Part shown: one piece after another, positions 34,550 to 43,856 of the stretch
How the letters are laid out: the number at the start of each line of letters is the position of its first letter
Numbering within the stretch: the first letter of the stretch is position 1
Assembly (NCBI GenBank): GCA_021822495.1
Contig: JAKAQO010000006.1
Span: forward strand, 20,092-84,091
Reading direction: 5' to 3'
DNA: 64,000 bases
Source: a bacterium
Lineage (GTDB): Bacteria > Elusimicrobiota > Elusimicrobia > UBA1565 > UBA9628
Notes under the pieces: model-generated
Database searches by the model: none
What the model was told of the DNA's origin: nothing
Seen by the model: the letters and a program-made list of their open reading frames with translations, nothing else
Program-made: the position numbers and the translations under genes

Positions 34550-35482
34550 AGTCCTGACTTTGGGGATAATTTTCCGAAGCGGGCTTGACATCATTGCACG
34601 GGTTCCCAGCTTTGCGCGAAGCGGCCGTTGCGGCTTTTGCGGAAGAAGACTCGTGATTTCATAGGCTGAAACCAGGACAATGATATTGCGGTCTTGTGAT
34701 TTCGCGTAGTAATAAACCGGCTTTCCAGATTTAACAGGTTGTGGATTTCCAATGATCCACTCAATATTTTGTTTTCCAGCCGTGGCTTTAAAAATAAAAA
34801 GCGGTTTTTTAAAAGGATTTTTTTTCGGAAGGTCTTGATTGACAAATTCGGTAATCCTGAGCCCAAAGACCGTAGGCCAGGTGGGGCTTGAGGGAAATAA
34901 GGTGTAACTTTTTCCATGTCGCGGCGCGACTTCGATGGATTTCGGCATGCCATAGGTTCTGGGGAAAAAAGCGCGTTCTCTAAAGTTATCGGGGTCCTGG
35001 GTCAAGCGCGAAGAATTGAGGCCGGAGGTGATGTAAACTTCCGGGCGATTGGAATAGCGGAAATAGGCGGAGTTCCAGCCGAAGGCTTGGCGGCCAAAAT
35101 AGCCGTCTAAAATGGGCTTAGGGCTGATGGCGGCATAGGCGATGAGGTGCGCGGCGGAAGTTGAAATTCCGTAATCGGAATAAGAGGCGGGGTCTTTAGT
35201 CGCGACATCTTCTAAAATAATGCTGGGCAGGGCTTGGACGATTTGGGACGTGGAATCTTGGTCCGCGACATCTTGCACCGGTTTTTTAACTTCCCAAATT
35301 TTTTGATTCTTGACGAGCTCAACTGATTTCCCCTGATAGGAAATTTCGAGACGCTCAATTTGATTAGGCTTAACTCCCTCAAGAATCGGCGCGCGGGTGA
35401 TGCGCGCGTTGTCAATGGCGATCCAAATCAAGGCGCCGAAAGTCGCAACGAAAAGAGCGGAAAGAATTAAGATTTTCTTCAT
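34529..35482 (-). CDS. DUF4340-like periplasmic protein, partner of the GldG-type ABC system
   Basis: 317 aa with an N-terminal anchor. Its position downstream of a GldG-like gene matches the common DUF4340 arrangement. The assignment rests on context and pattern only. Confidence 0.55.
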   Translation of the reverse strand: MKKILILSALFVATFGALIWIAIDNARITRAPILEGVKPNQIERLEISYQGKSVELVKNQKIWEVKKPVQDVADQDSTSQIVQALPSIILEDVATKDPASYSDYGISTSAAHLIAYAAISPKPILDGYFGRQAFGWNSAYFRYSNRPEVYITSGLNSSRLTQDPDNFRERAFFPRTYGMPKSIEVAPRHGKSYTLFPSSPTWPTVFGLRITEFVNQDLPKKNPFKKPLFIFKATAGKQNIEWIIGNPQPVKSGKPVYYYAKSQDRNIIVLVSAYEITSLLPQKPQRPLRAKLGTRAMMSSPLRKIIPKVRTSAVKKP

Positions 35483-35497
35483 ATTCGTTAAGACCTT

Positions 35498-37120
35498 TTA
35501 AGATGAGATGGGCGTTGGTTCTTCTGGGCTCGGCGCATCTTGAGTTTCTTGCGCGGATTCCCCGCCGTAAAGCGCAATCATTTTGCGTCTTCGCCTCATT
35601 TGTCTCCAGTAGCTGAGTCCTCCATACGCCAAAAGCATGAAGGGCAGGAAAAGAATCATGCCGTATTTGACCAAAAGGCGCATTTTATCCGACAAGGGGC
35701 GAAGCGGGCGATAGGTCATGCCCTTGCCGCGAATGGACAATAAATCGCTGTCCTCGCAAGACCACTCAAGCAGGTTTTCTAAAAAGACTGAACTCGTTTG
35801 TCTATTGGCGAAATGCGAATCTAAAACGTAGGCGGTGGGCACGATAATCGCTCTTGAGCTTTTGTGCGGAGTCAAGGACGGGGTTCCTTCGGGCGCCGGA
35901 AATTCTCCAGAGACAAGACCCGCCAGAGAAAAGGGGCCGCGCTTGTCTTTGGCTAGATTGGCGGAACTTTGGGTGATTCCAATGCTATAGGAATTTTTAA
36001 GCCAGCTGTTGGGTGTGGAATCGGCCAGGGACTCATATTTGAGGCCTGACTCCGTGGAAGTCGAAGCGAAAATAGGATGAACAAAAGGGAGGGTTACGCC
36101 CTGAAGATGTTCGACCGCAGGGTTCGATTGGTTAAAGTGAGTGGCGACGGGAAGATAGGGATATTGCTGAATTCTCATCGCGACAAATTGGCCGATGTTC
36201 TGTTGAAACTCGACGTTTTCTGATTGCGCGTCCACCACAAATCCATTCGGGATATCAAGTCCCCAATCTTTGAAAAGCGGGCTTAAGCCTAGACTCATCG
36301 GCGCGCTGTAAAAGGCCTGGAAATTGACCGAACGCCGGTTAAAAAGGATGCCAAGGGGCTTCCCTGAGAAGAGCCAGCTTCGCAAGGCTTGAATATCCTG
36401 GTCCTTAAATTTTTGCGTAGGCCCCAAAATCCAAAGAGCCGAGACGTCCGACGGAACGGCGGAACTTAGGTTGACGGTTTTTAAATTGAGGTCTTCTCTC
36501 ATTGGGGCGAAGAGGCTCGAGGCCGAAGGATCTCCCGGATTTTTTTCGCCGTGCCCAACGACAAAGCCGACGGTGGGTAAAACGGGATCGGCAAGTTTCT
36601 TAATGCGGCTTGTGATTTGATACTCCAAGTCCGAGGTGTCTTGAAGAAAAGGAATGACTTGGCTACGGCCCTTATAAAGGAGGGCTAGGCCCATATAAGC
36701 GGTCTTAACCTCGAACTTGTCCTTGGCCATGACGTTGACCTGGATTGGGGAAATCCCCAAAGCCTGGGCGTCGTCTTTTCTTTTTTGCGACATGTTGGGG
36801 TCGAGAAATTCGACCGTGATATGTCCGTGCGCGGCGGATTTATACTCGCCCAATAAATCGCGGAGATAATTCTCGTTAAGCCCGTAGGGGGGCGGAAGAT
36901 TGGGCGTGAAGTAAACCTTGACGATCAGGTTGTCGGTCAATTTGGAAAGGATGTGCTTGGTTCCCTTGGAAATCGAATAAACATGTCCGGCGGAGAAATC
37001 CATTCGGGAATAGACATAGTAAGAAATTCCGTTCACGGCGGCCAAGGTTCCAATGAGAAGCAAAGTGCCTAAGCCGGAAAACAAAAGCCGCCGAACTTTA
37101 GCCTTTAGTTCTTCGGCCAT
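35498..37120 (-). CDS. GldG-like ABC transport auxiliary component
   Basis: 540 aa with N- and C-terminal TM anchors. The N-terminal pattern YVYSRMDFSAGHVYSISKGTKHILSKLTDNLIVKVYF is typical of the ABC_transp_aux/GldG family. Confidence 0.75.
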   Translation of the reverse strand: MAEELKAKVRRLLFSGLGTLLLIGTLAAVNGISYYVYSRMDFSAGHVYSISKGTKHILSKLTDNLIVKVYFTPNLPPPYGLNENYLRDLLGEYKSAAHGHITVEFLDPNMSQKRKDDAQALGISPIQVNVMAKDKFEVKTAYMGLALLYKGRSQVIPFLQDTSDLEYQITSRIKKLADPVLPTVGFVVGHGEKNPGDPSASSLFAPMREDLNLKTVNLSSAVPSDVSALWILGPTQKFKDQDIQALRSWLFSGKPLGILFNRRSVNFQAFYSAPMSLGLSPLFKDWGLDIPNGFVVDAQSENVEFQQNIGQFVAMRIQQYPYLPVATHFNQSNPAVEHLQGVTLPFVHPIFASTSTESGLKYESLADSTPNSWLKNSYSIGITQSSANLAKDKRGPFSLAGLVSGEFPAPEGTPSLTPHKSSRAIIVPTAYVLDSHFANRQTSSVFLENLLEWSCEDSDLLSIRGKGMTYRPLRPLSDKMRLLVKYGMILFLPFMLLAYGGLSYWRQMRRRRKMIALYGGESAQETQDAPSPEEPTPISS

Positions 37121-37872
37121 TAGCTGATTCTCCTATGGCTGAGTTTCTGGGCCGTTAAATAAAGGAAGATGAAGATAAACGAGGCGAAATAAAGCAGGTC
37201 CCGCGTATCCAAGACGCCTTTGCCGAGCGTCTGCATGTGAGAATCAAGACCGATGAAATCGAGAATTCCCGAAAGCCCTGCGGGAAGAAAGATGGCGAAC
37301 TTGCCAATGACGACAAAGCTAAACCCGATCAAAAACGCCGTGATAAAAGACACAATTTGGTTTTTGCTGAAAGAAGAAGTGTAGAGCCCCGCCGCCCCGA
37401 TCAAAAGGCCTTCAAAAATGAGGGCCAGCAATGTTCCCATGGATTCGCCCCAATCTAAATGAGCTGGAGGGGCGACCAAAAATGCCAGACAAATGGCGAA
37501 AAACAAAAGCGCTGCGATGACCAACGCGTAAAGGGCGGCAAAGCCGAGATATTTTCCCAAAACGATGTCCCAGTCTTCCAGGGGAAATGTCGCCAGGGTC
37601 TCAAAGGTTCCGGATTTAAGTTCTTCCGACATGAGGCCCATGGTCAGCGCCGGAACGAAAAAAGAAAGGATGATGGGCTCAAAATCAATGAGAGTTTTAA
37701 TGGTCGCTTGTCCAACCAGAAACAGGGGCGCCATGAATAAATATCCGGTTAAAAGATAAAAGACAAAAAGAGCGACGTAGGTGGACGGCGATTCCAGAGC
37801 GACGCGAAGGCCTTTGTGCGCGAGGGCCTTAACGGCATGAGCTTGAAACAGCGGTTCTTCTTTGGTTTTCAT
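37120..37872 (-). CDS. ABC-2 type transporter permease (GldF-like)
   Basis: 250 aa with about 6 TM helices, located between the ATPase and the GldG-like gene. Confidence 0.75.
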   Translation of the reverse strand: MKTKEEPLFQAHAVKALAHKGLRVALESPSTYVALFVFYLLTGYLFMAPLFLVGQATIKTLIDFEPIILSFFVPALTMGLMSEELKSGTFETLATFPLEDWDIVLGKYLGFAALYALVIAALLFFAICLAFLVAPPAHLDWGESMGTLLALIFEGLLIGAAGLYTSSFSKNQIVSFITAFLIGFSFVVIGKFAIFLPAGLSGILDFIGLDSHMQTLGKGVLDTRDLLYFASFIFIFLYLTAQKLSHRRIS

Positions 37873-37877
37873 GGCGA

Positions 37878-38810
37878 TTAGTTTTGGGTCAAGTTCCTGA
37901 ATACCTCTTCCAAATCTTGACGGTCTTTTCTTAGTTCCAGAATCGGCCAGCGCTTTTCGACGGCCAAGTTAAAGAGGTCTTCTCTTACGTCGGTTTTGGC
38001 CGAGGCGTCAAAATAAAATCCCGGTTCTTTTGGGTTTCTGCTTGCTTCCTCGGCTGATAAAATTCCCGGCAGTTTTCTTAAGGAAGATAAAATCTCGCCA
38101 ACAGGTCCTTTAAGGGAAACAAAAAATCTAATTTGGGAAGCGTGTCCGCCGGAGCTGATTTCTTCGGAACTCCCTTCCGCGACCAGGCGCCCGTTATTAA
38201 TAATAACGAGCTTGTCGCAAAGAACTTTCGCTTCGGAAAGAATGTGGGTTGAAAAAAGAACGGTTTTTTCCCGTCCCAATTCGCGGATTAGATCTCGCAC
38301 TTCATGGACTTGATTGGGGTCCAGGCCCGAGGTGGGTTCATCGAGAATTAAAACTTCCGGATCGTGGAGAATCGCTTGCGCGAGCCCCACGCGCTGGCGA
38401 AAGCCCTTGGATAGTTCCCCAATTTTTCTTCCCACGGCGGTCTTGAGCCCGCAGGCCTTGACGGCGTAGGCGATGCGCTCGCGCTTTTTCTCGCCGGAAA
38501 TACCCCGAAGATGAGCGGCAAGCTCTAAAGTTTCCGCGACTTCCAAATCTTCATAAAGAGGATTATTTTCAGGCAGATATCCCAAATGGCGCCGGGCCTC
38601 CATCGGGTTTTCCGCGACATCTAAATCCAAAATCCTTGCGCTTCCGCCGTCAAAGGGGAAAAAGGATGTCAAGAGGCGCATGGTGGTGGTTTTCCCCGCG
38701 CCGTTGGGGCCGAGAAAGCCGACAATACGGCCCTGCTCGACTTTGAAACTTAAATCGTCTACAGCGACTCTTTCGCCGAATTTCTTTTTTAAATGGATCG
38801 CTTCAATCAT
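37878..38810 (-). CDS. ABC transporter ATP-binding protein (GldA-like)
   Basis: 310 aa. Walker A GPNGAGKTT, signature LSKGFRQR and Walker B LILDEPTSGLD. Confidence 0.9.
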   Translation of the reverse strand: MIEAIHLKKKFGERVAVDDLSFKVEQGRIVGFLGPNGAGKTTTMRLLTSFFPFDGGSARILDLDVAENPMEARRHLGYLPENNPLYEDLEVAETLELAAHLRGISGEKKRERIAYAVKACGLKTAVGRKIGELSKGFRQRVGLAQAILHDPEVLILDEPTSGLDPNQVHEVRDLIRELGREKTVLFSTHILSEAKVLCDKLVIINNGRLVAEGSSEEISSGGHASQIRFFVSLKGPVGEILSSLRKLPGILSAEEASRNPKEPGFYFDASAKTDVREDLFNLAVEKRWPILELRKDRQDLEEVFRNLTQN

Positions 38811-38926
38811 GGTCTCCTTAAATTAAAGAAAAATTAGGGGGGAATGTGTCAATGTGTTTTTAATTTTTTCAGCAATTTTGTTGACAGCGTTAATGTAAGA
38901 TATTCGGTGTCGGGCTTCTCCGAGAA

Positions 38927-40570
38927 ATGAAATATATCAACCTGATTTTTTTATTGATTGCGTTTAACCTCGGGGTTTACTTTTTTTTAAGCTCGAATTT
39001 TGTCAATCCGGATGGAATTGGATACGTTTCTTATCTCCCGACGCTCCTGATGGGAAGGACGTTTAACTTTTTTCCGTTCTATCATTTTTTTCATTTACAG
39101 GTTCCAGATTCCATTACCGCTTTAGGATGGCCGGCCAATATTTGGTCTTTTGGCGCCGCGTTTTTATGGTCGCCGATTTATTGGACGGGGAAACTTGGTC
39201 AAATCATCGCCGGGCAAAGAATGATTCCTTTTAATGCGATGGATATGGCCCTGGTTAATTTTTCCAGTATGCTCTTGGGGCTTGGGGCGTTTTGGTTTAT
39301 GGTGGACAGTTCACGGAGATTGAATTTGCCTGGAAGGAAAATAGCCTCCTTAGCGGCCTTTTTGGGAACTCCGCTTTTCTTTTACGCTTTCATGGCGGGA
39401 ACGACTTCTCATGCCGCCAGCGCTTTTATGACGGGCGGAGTGGTTTGGTTTTGGATCTCAACCCGCGAAGAGAGAGGCTTTCTTCGCTGGCTTTGTTTGG
39501 GAGTTCTTTGCGGAATTGCGGCGATGGTTCGCCCTCAGGAGGGTTTGGTTTTGATTCTTCCCTTGTGGGATATCGCGCGGAGGAGGGAAGAAGAAATCTC
39601 TGGCCTTGCGTTTAAGGCGGTTGGCGGCGTTTTTCTTGGTTTCACCTTCGGGTTTTTCCCCCAAGCCTTGATTTGGAAAATAATATATGGATCTTTTTTT
39701 CACGCGCCCAGCGCTTTTAATCTGAGATGGAGTTATTTCGCCTTGCCGGAGGTTTTGTTTTCGTCCTTTCACGGATTGCTTACTTGGACGCCGATTTTTC
39801 TTCTCTCCGCGATGGGGCTTGTTTGGGATATAGCGGGTGACGGCGGTCCGCTTTTGGCTTTTCTTTCCGCCCAGATATTTCTCAACAGCTTTAGCTTGGC
39901 CTGGTGGGAGGGATTTTCTTTTGGGCTGAGACAGATGACGGGGACCGCCGTCGTTGTCTCTCTGGGGATAGGTTTTTTTCTAAAAATGGCTGATGAAAGG
40001 TTTAAGGGAAATCTTCCGCGTCTATTGGCACGCCTGGGAATTGCGTTATGCGTTTTATGGACATTGTTACTCTCTCTCAATGTGGTAGTGGGAAATTTGC
40101 AGCTTCTTTTTTATGTTTCTCCCGCTTCCTTGGCCGCCTTGTCCTGGAAATGGGGAAATCTGTTTGAAGGGCTTCGCGCAAAAGGAGCGGGATTCTCCCA
40201 GCCTTTTTCTTCTCTATTCTTAATTTTGCTGTTCGTTGAGGCGATAGTATTGTCGATTTTATTGGGGTTTAGGAATTTTCTTGAAAAAAATAAGATTCCC
40301 TTGATTTTGGGAGGAATGGTTTTCCTCTTGTTCGCTTCCGATTTTTCCATCGCCCTTGCGAGGCTTTACGCCCAGCCGCCCGCCTATAGCCTCGCCTTAA
40401 ATGAAAAAGAACTGGATTCATTTTTTAAAAGCCAGGTTGATTATGTCTATGGGAAGTATTATCTTGCTCGCGGGATAAATGAAGAAGCCATGGAATATCG
40501 CCAAAAGGCATTAAGCGCCCTCCCGAAAAGCCCTTTGACCGATCTCTTTCGCCAGAAAATCCGACAATAA
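38927..40570 (+). CDS. Polytopic membrane protein, possible GT-C-fold (ArnT/PMT-like) glycosyltransferase
   Basis: 547 aa with many TM helices. It has an acidic motif in the first predicted loop (NPDGIGY) and a C-terminal soluble helical tail. The family was not verified. Confidence 0.4.
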   Translation: MKYINLIFLLIAFNLGVYFFLSSNFVNPDGIGYVSYLPTLLMGRTFNFFPFYHFFHLQVPDSITALGWPANIWSFGAAFLWSPIYWTGKLGQIIAGQRMIPFNAMDMALVNFSSMLLGLGAFWFMVDSSRRLNLPGRKIASLAAFLGTPLFFYAFMAGTTSHAASAFMTGGVVWFWISTREERGFLRWLCLGVLCGIAAMVRPQEGLVLILPLWDIARRREEEISGLAFKAVGGVFLGFTFGFFPQALIWKIIYGSFFHAPSAFNLRWSYFALPEVLFSSFHGLLTWTPIFLLSAMGLVWDIAGDGGPLLAFLSAQIFLNSFSLAWWEGFSFGLRQMTGTAVVVSLGIGFFLKMADERFKGNLPRLLARLGIALCVLWTLLLSLNVVVGNLQLLFYVSPASLAALSWKWGNLFEGLRAKGAGFSQPFSSLFLILLFVEAIVLSILLGFRNFLEKNKIPLILGGMVFLLFASDFSIALARLYAQPPAYSLALNEKELDSFFKSQVDYVYGKYYLARGINEEAMEYRQKALSALPKSPLTDLFRQKIRQ

Positions 40571-40624
40571 AACCCGTTGTTGCGCTGGTTTTTCCAGATT
40601 TCTTCGACGTGATAATTATAGCCC

Positions 40625-40653
40625 TTGACAATGTTGGGGGGCGGGGCTAGACT
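40625..40653 (+). promoter_or_regulatory. Candidate sigma70-type promoter TTGACA-N17-TAGACT for the nine-gene envelope operon
   Basis: TTGACA 40625-40630, a 17-nt spacer and TAGACT 40648-40653. An AAAGGGGGGA SD lies before TTG 40674. Confidence 0.5.
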
Positions 40654-40673
40654 ATTTGTAAAAGGGGGGAACG

Positions 40674-43600
40674 TTGAATCTGTTCTTGTCAGTTGTTTTT
40701 TGGGGACATTGCGCTTATGCCGCGGGGGTTCCAGCCGAAATGGCTCCCCATACGCAAGCCCAGGAGCTTTATCTCTCAGCCGGGCATTTTTTTCAAACCC
40801 AGGATTACGCCCATTCGGCCGATCAATACCAGGAATTCTTAAAACGCGATCGCAATCAGCCGGGAGAGCTTGAGGCCCAAATGATGCTTGCGGAAAGCCT
40901 TTACCGCGAAGGCGTCGCGCAGTTGTCCTTATCTCCCAAGCGCGCGGCTAAAATTCTCAAACAAGCCAAACAGGCGTACAAAAAAGTCGCGCGCGACGCC
41001 CCCAGCGGAGACTATCTGGCGGAAAGCGCTCGCTTTAGACTCGGAGAAATGGCGTTTAATCTCGGAGAATATGACGAGGCTATTTCGGATATGGAGCGTT
41101 TGGTTTCCGATTATCCCTCAGGAACTCTTCGGGGAGAAGCTCGTTTGCTTGAGGCCGAGGCTTTGATGTCTCAAAAACAATTTTCCAAGGCGGAAACCCT
41201 GCTTGAGGAAGCTTTAAAAGAACAGCCGGCCTATGCCCATGATCCTCGGCTTAAGTTGGCGCGCGGCATTACTCTCTTTGAAATTGGAAATCCCTCCGCC
41301 GCTCTCTCGTCTTTGAGCGGCCTTGATTCTTCCTTGGCTCTTTTATATTCCGCTCGGGCCAATATGGATTTGGGAAAGCCCTTGATCGCGGTTGAGAATC
41401 TCAAAACGCTGATAGAAAAATATCCCGATGACCCTTCCGTCGAAACCAGCCGATATCTTGTGGGAGAAGCTTTTTTTGAAGCGAAGGATTACACCTCGGC
41501 CCTGCAAGTTTTTAATCAGTTCTTGATGGATTTCCCGCATAGTTCCCTTCGCGGGGCGGCGACCTATAAAATGGGGCTGTGCAGCTACGAACTTAAGGAT
41601 TATATGGCGGCGCGAGGAGATTTCGAGTCGGTCGAGCAGATGAACCCTCCCGGAGAATTTGCCGAGCCCAGTCTCTACATGATGGGGGAATCTTTCTTAA
41701 AGGAAGGAAACTATACAAAAGCCGGCTTTGACTATTCCGATTTGTCCTCGGCTTACGCCAATACCTTGGCCGGAACCGCTAAATTCAAACTCGGATGGAC
41801 CCAATACAAACGTCAGGAATATCCGGAAGCGGGGGTGACCTTGAATTCATTTATCGTTCAATATTCTTCCCATCCGCTGGTGCCGGCGGCGGCTTATTTA
41901 GATGGAAACGTCCTTTTAAGCGAGAGCAAATACCGTCAAGCGGCCCACGCCTATCAAGAAACCCTGGATTTGGCGAGTTCTAGCGCTAATCCCTATCGAA
42001 ATTTAATTTGGAACCCAGCCTTGGCGATGCTCAGCCGCTCGTATTTAGTAGCCGGTGAATATGGACATTTGATTTCGGGATACCAGTATATCTTGAAAGA
42101 AAACGCGCCGACCCAGGACCCTTGGCATGCGGCCGCTCTCCTTTATATCGCGGAGGGATATTATCGGCAGGGTCTTTACGATCAGGCCTTGGCGATTGAT
42201 CATGAAATTATTCACTCTTATCCCGCAACTCCGGAATCCATCGTCGCCAAGGACGGGATCGCGTGGTGTCTATTTAAACAAGGGCATTTTGAGGAGTCCT
42301 ACCAAGAGCGCGTAAAACTGGAAGCCTTAAAAAACGCTTCCGCGATTGCCCCTTCAAAGACGGTCGTTGTGGATGAAAATCCGGGAGCGGATTTATTTGT
42401 CAACAATCAATACGCCGAAGCCGTAACGCTTTTTAATCAGAAAAAATACGCCGACGCCTTGGACGCTTTTCAGCGATTTGAAAAAGATTATGCTCAAGAC
42501 CCCAGAGCGGCGGACGCCGCTTTGGAAGAAGGTTGGTGCTATTACCGCCTCAACTATTACGGGGATGCCGTCAAGACCTGGGAGAAGGTCGAGTCAAGCT
42601 ATGCTTCGTCTGAGGCCGCTAAATCCGCCGCGTGGGCGACAGCCGACACTTATTTTAGAGCCGCTCAATATGACAAAGCCGTTCTGGCCTATCAGCATAT
42701 TCTTGAGGCTTATCCGGATGATGCCGCCTCTTCCTATGCGCGGCTTCGCATCGCCCAAAGCTACTACAACGCAAAAAATATCCCGCAGGCGATTGCCGCC
42801 TTTACGGATGTTTTGAATAATTCTCCCGGCGAAAAAGAAGAAAAAGAGGTTTTGGATTACTTGACCCAGATGCTTTATCAGCCGGAGTCTAAAGACGCGG
42901 CCTTAAAGGCTCTTGAATCTTTGGCGGCTTCTCAAGTCTCAAACCCCATAGGAGCGAAGGCGGAACTGGGTCTGGGGCTTTATTTTTTCGAGACTGGCGA
43001 TTACACGAGCGCGGTTCAAAATCTGGAGGAAGCCATTCCAAATCTTTCGCAGGATAAAGACATTCGCAACGCCCAGTACGATCTTGCCCAGTCCTATTAC
43101 TCGCTTAAACGCTATGAGGACGCCCAGCGGGCTTATGAACGCTTTACGGAAAATTATCCAGACGACCCGCGCTTTAGGGCGGCTTTATTTCGGATGGGGA
43201 CTTCGGCTTTTAATCTCAAGAATTTTGAAAAAGCCGCTTCGGCTTTTCATCAGCTGGCGGCGCAATATCCCAAGTCTCACTACGCCGCTTTGGCCCTTTA
43301 TAATTCCTCCTTGGCTTATCGAAAATTGGGGGACTGGGAAGCGGCGGCCTTGGCGCTGAAAAATTACATCAACCTTTATCCTGCCCAGGCTCAAAAGTCG
43401 AGCGCGGCCTCGGAACTGGCCTCCGTCTATGAACAGGAAAGAGACTATGCGAAGGCGATTAAGGATTTGAAATCGGTCAGAAGTTCGATGAAAAGCGATG
43501 ACCCCGCGTTTTTAGCGACCAGTCTTGAGATCGCGAAAGATGACAAGGCGATGGGAGATGAGGCGGATTCTTTAAAGGAATATCAGGCGATTGAGGCTAG

Positions 43601-43856
43601 TCCCTTGAAAGATAATTCTTATCGCCTGAACGCCTTGGCGGATTTGGGCCGCTATTATGAAGATCAAAAGAATTGGGCTCTTGCGGCAAAAACCTATGAC
43701 GAGTTGGCTTCAAGCGCTTCCGACCCAAGCTGGCGGGATCCCGCTCGGGCCCGGGCGGAAGCGGATCGTGAAAAGATTTCCAAGACCGCTTCGGCCAATT
43801 CCACTCAAAATGAAGTTCAGAATTCTTCCGCGCCGGCGGGAGGAGGGGCGCAATGA
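40674..43856 (+). CDS. Giant TPR protein built of YbgF/CpoB-like repeat units
   Basis: 1060 aa with a short signal-like N-terminus. Throughout its length there are units of the form Y..A...F..G.Y..A...F..F...YP.S (e.g. FNLGEYDEAISDMERLVSDYPSG, YYSLKRYEDAQRAYERFTENYPDDP). Confidence 0.8.
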   Translation: MNLFLSVVFWGHCAYAAGVPAEMAPHTQAQELYLSAGHFFQTQDYAHSADQYQEFLKRDRNQPGELEAQMMLAESLYREGVAQLSLSPKRAAKILKQAKQAYKKVARDAPSGDYLAESARFRLGEMAFNLGEYDEAISDMERLVSDYPSGTLRGEARLLEAEALMSQKQFSKAETLLEEALKEQPAYAHDPRLKLARGITLFEIGNPSAALSSLSGLDSSLALLYSARANMDLGKPLIAVENLKTLIEKYPDDPSVETSRYLVGEAFFEAKDYTSALQVFNQFLMDFPHSSLRGAATYKMGLCSYELKDYMAARGDFESVEQMNPPGEFAEPSLYMMGESFLKEGNYTKAGFDYSDLSSAYANTLAGTAKFKLGWTQYKRQEYPEAGVTLNSFIVQYSSHPLVPAAAYLDGNVLLSESKYRQAAHAYQETLDLASSSANPYRNLIWNPALAMLSRSYLVAGEYGHLISGYQYILKENAPTQDPWHAAALLYIAEGYYRQGLYDQALAIDHEIIHSYPATPESIVAKDGIAWCLFKQGHFEESYQERVKLEALKNASAIAPSKTVVVDENPGADLFVNNQYAEAVTLFNQKKYADALDAFQRFEKDYAQDPRAADAALEEGWCYYRLNYYGDAVKTWEKVESSYASSEAAKSAAWATADTYFRAAQYDKAVLAYQHILEAYPDDAASSYARLRIAQSYYNAKNIPQAIAAFTDVLNNSPGEKEEKEVLDYLTQMLYQPESKDAALKALESLAASQVSNPIGAKAELGLGLYFFETGDYTSAVQNLEEAIPNLSQDKDIRNAQYDLAQSYYSLKRYEDAQRAYERFTENYPDDPRFRAALFRMGTSAFNLKNFEKAASAFHQLAAQYPKSHYAALALYNSSLAYRKLGDWEAAALALKNYINLYPAQAQKSSAASELASVYEQERDYAKAIKDLKSVRSSMKSDDPAFLATSLEIAKDDKAMGDEADSLKEYQAIEASPLKDNSYRLNALADLGRYYEDQKNWALAAKTYDELASSASDPSWRDPARARAEADREKISKTASANSTQNEVQNSSAPAGGGAQ

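Noticed and set aside
38881-38886. TTGACA hexamer upstream of the GT-C-like gene as a promoter
   Set aside because: No acceptable -10 hexamer lies at 16-19 nt spacing. The candidate boxes TAAGAT and GATATT are only 9-12 nt away.
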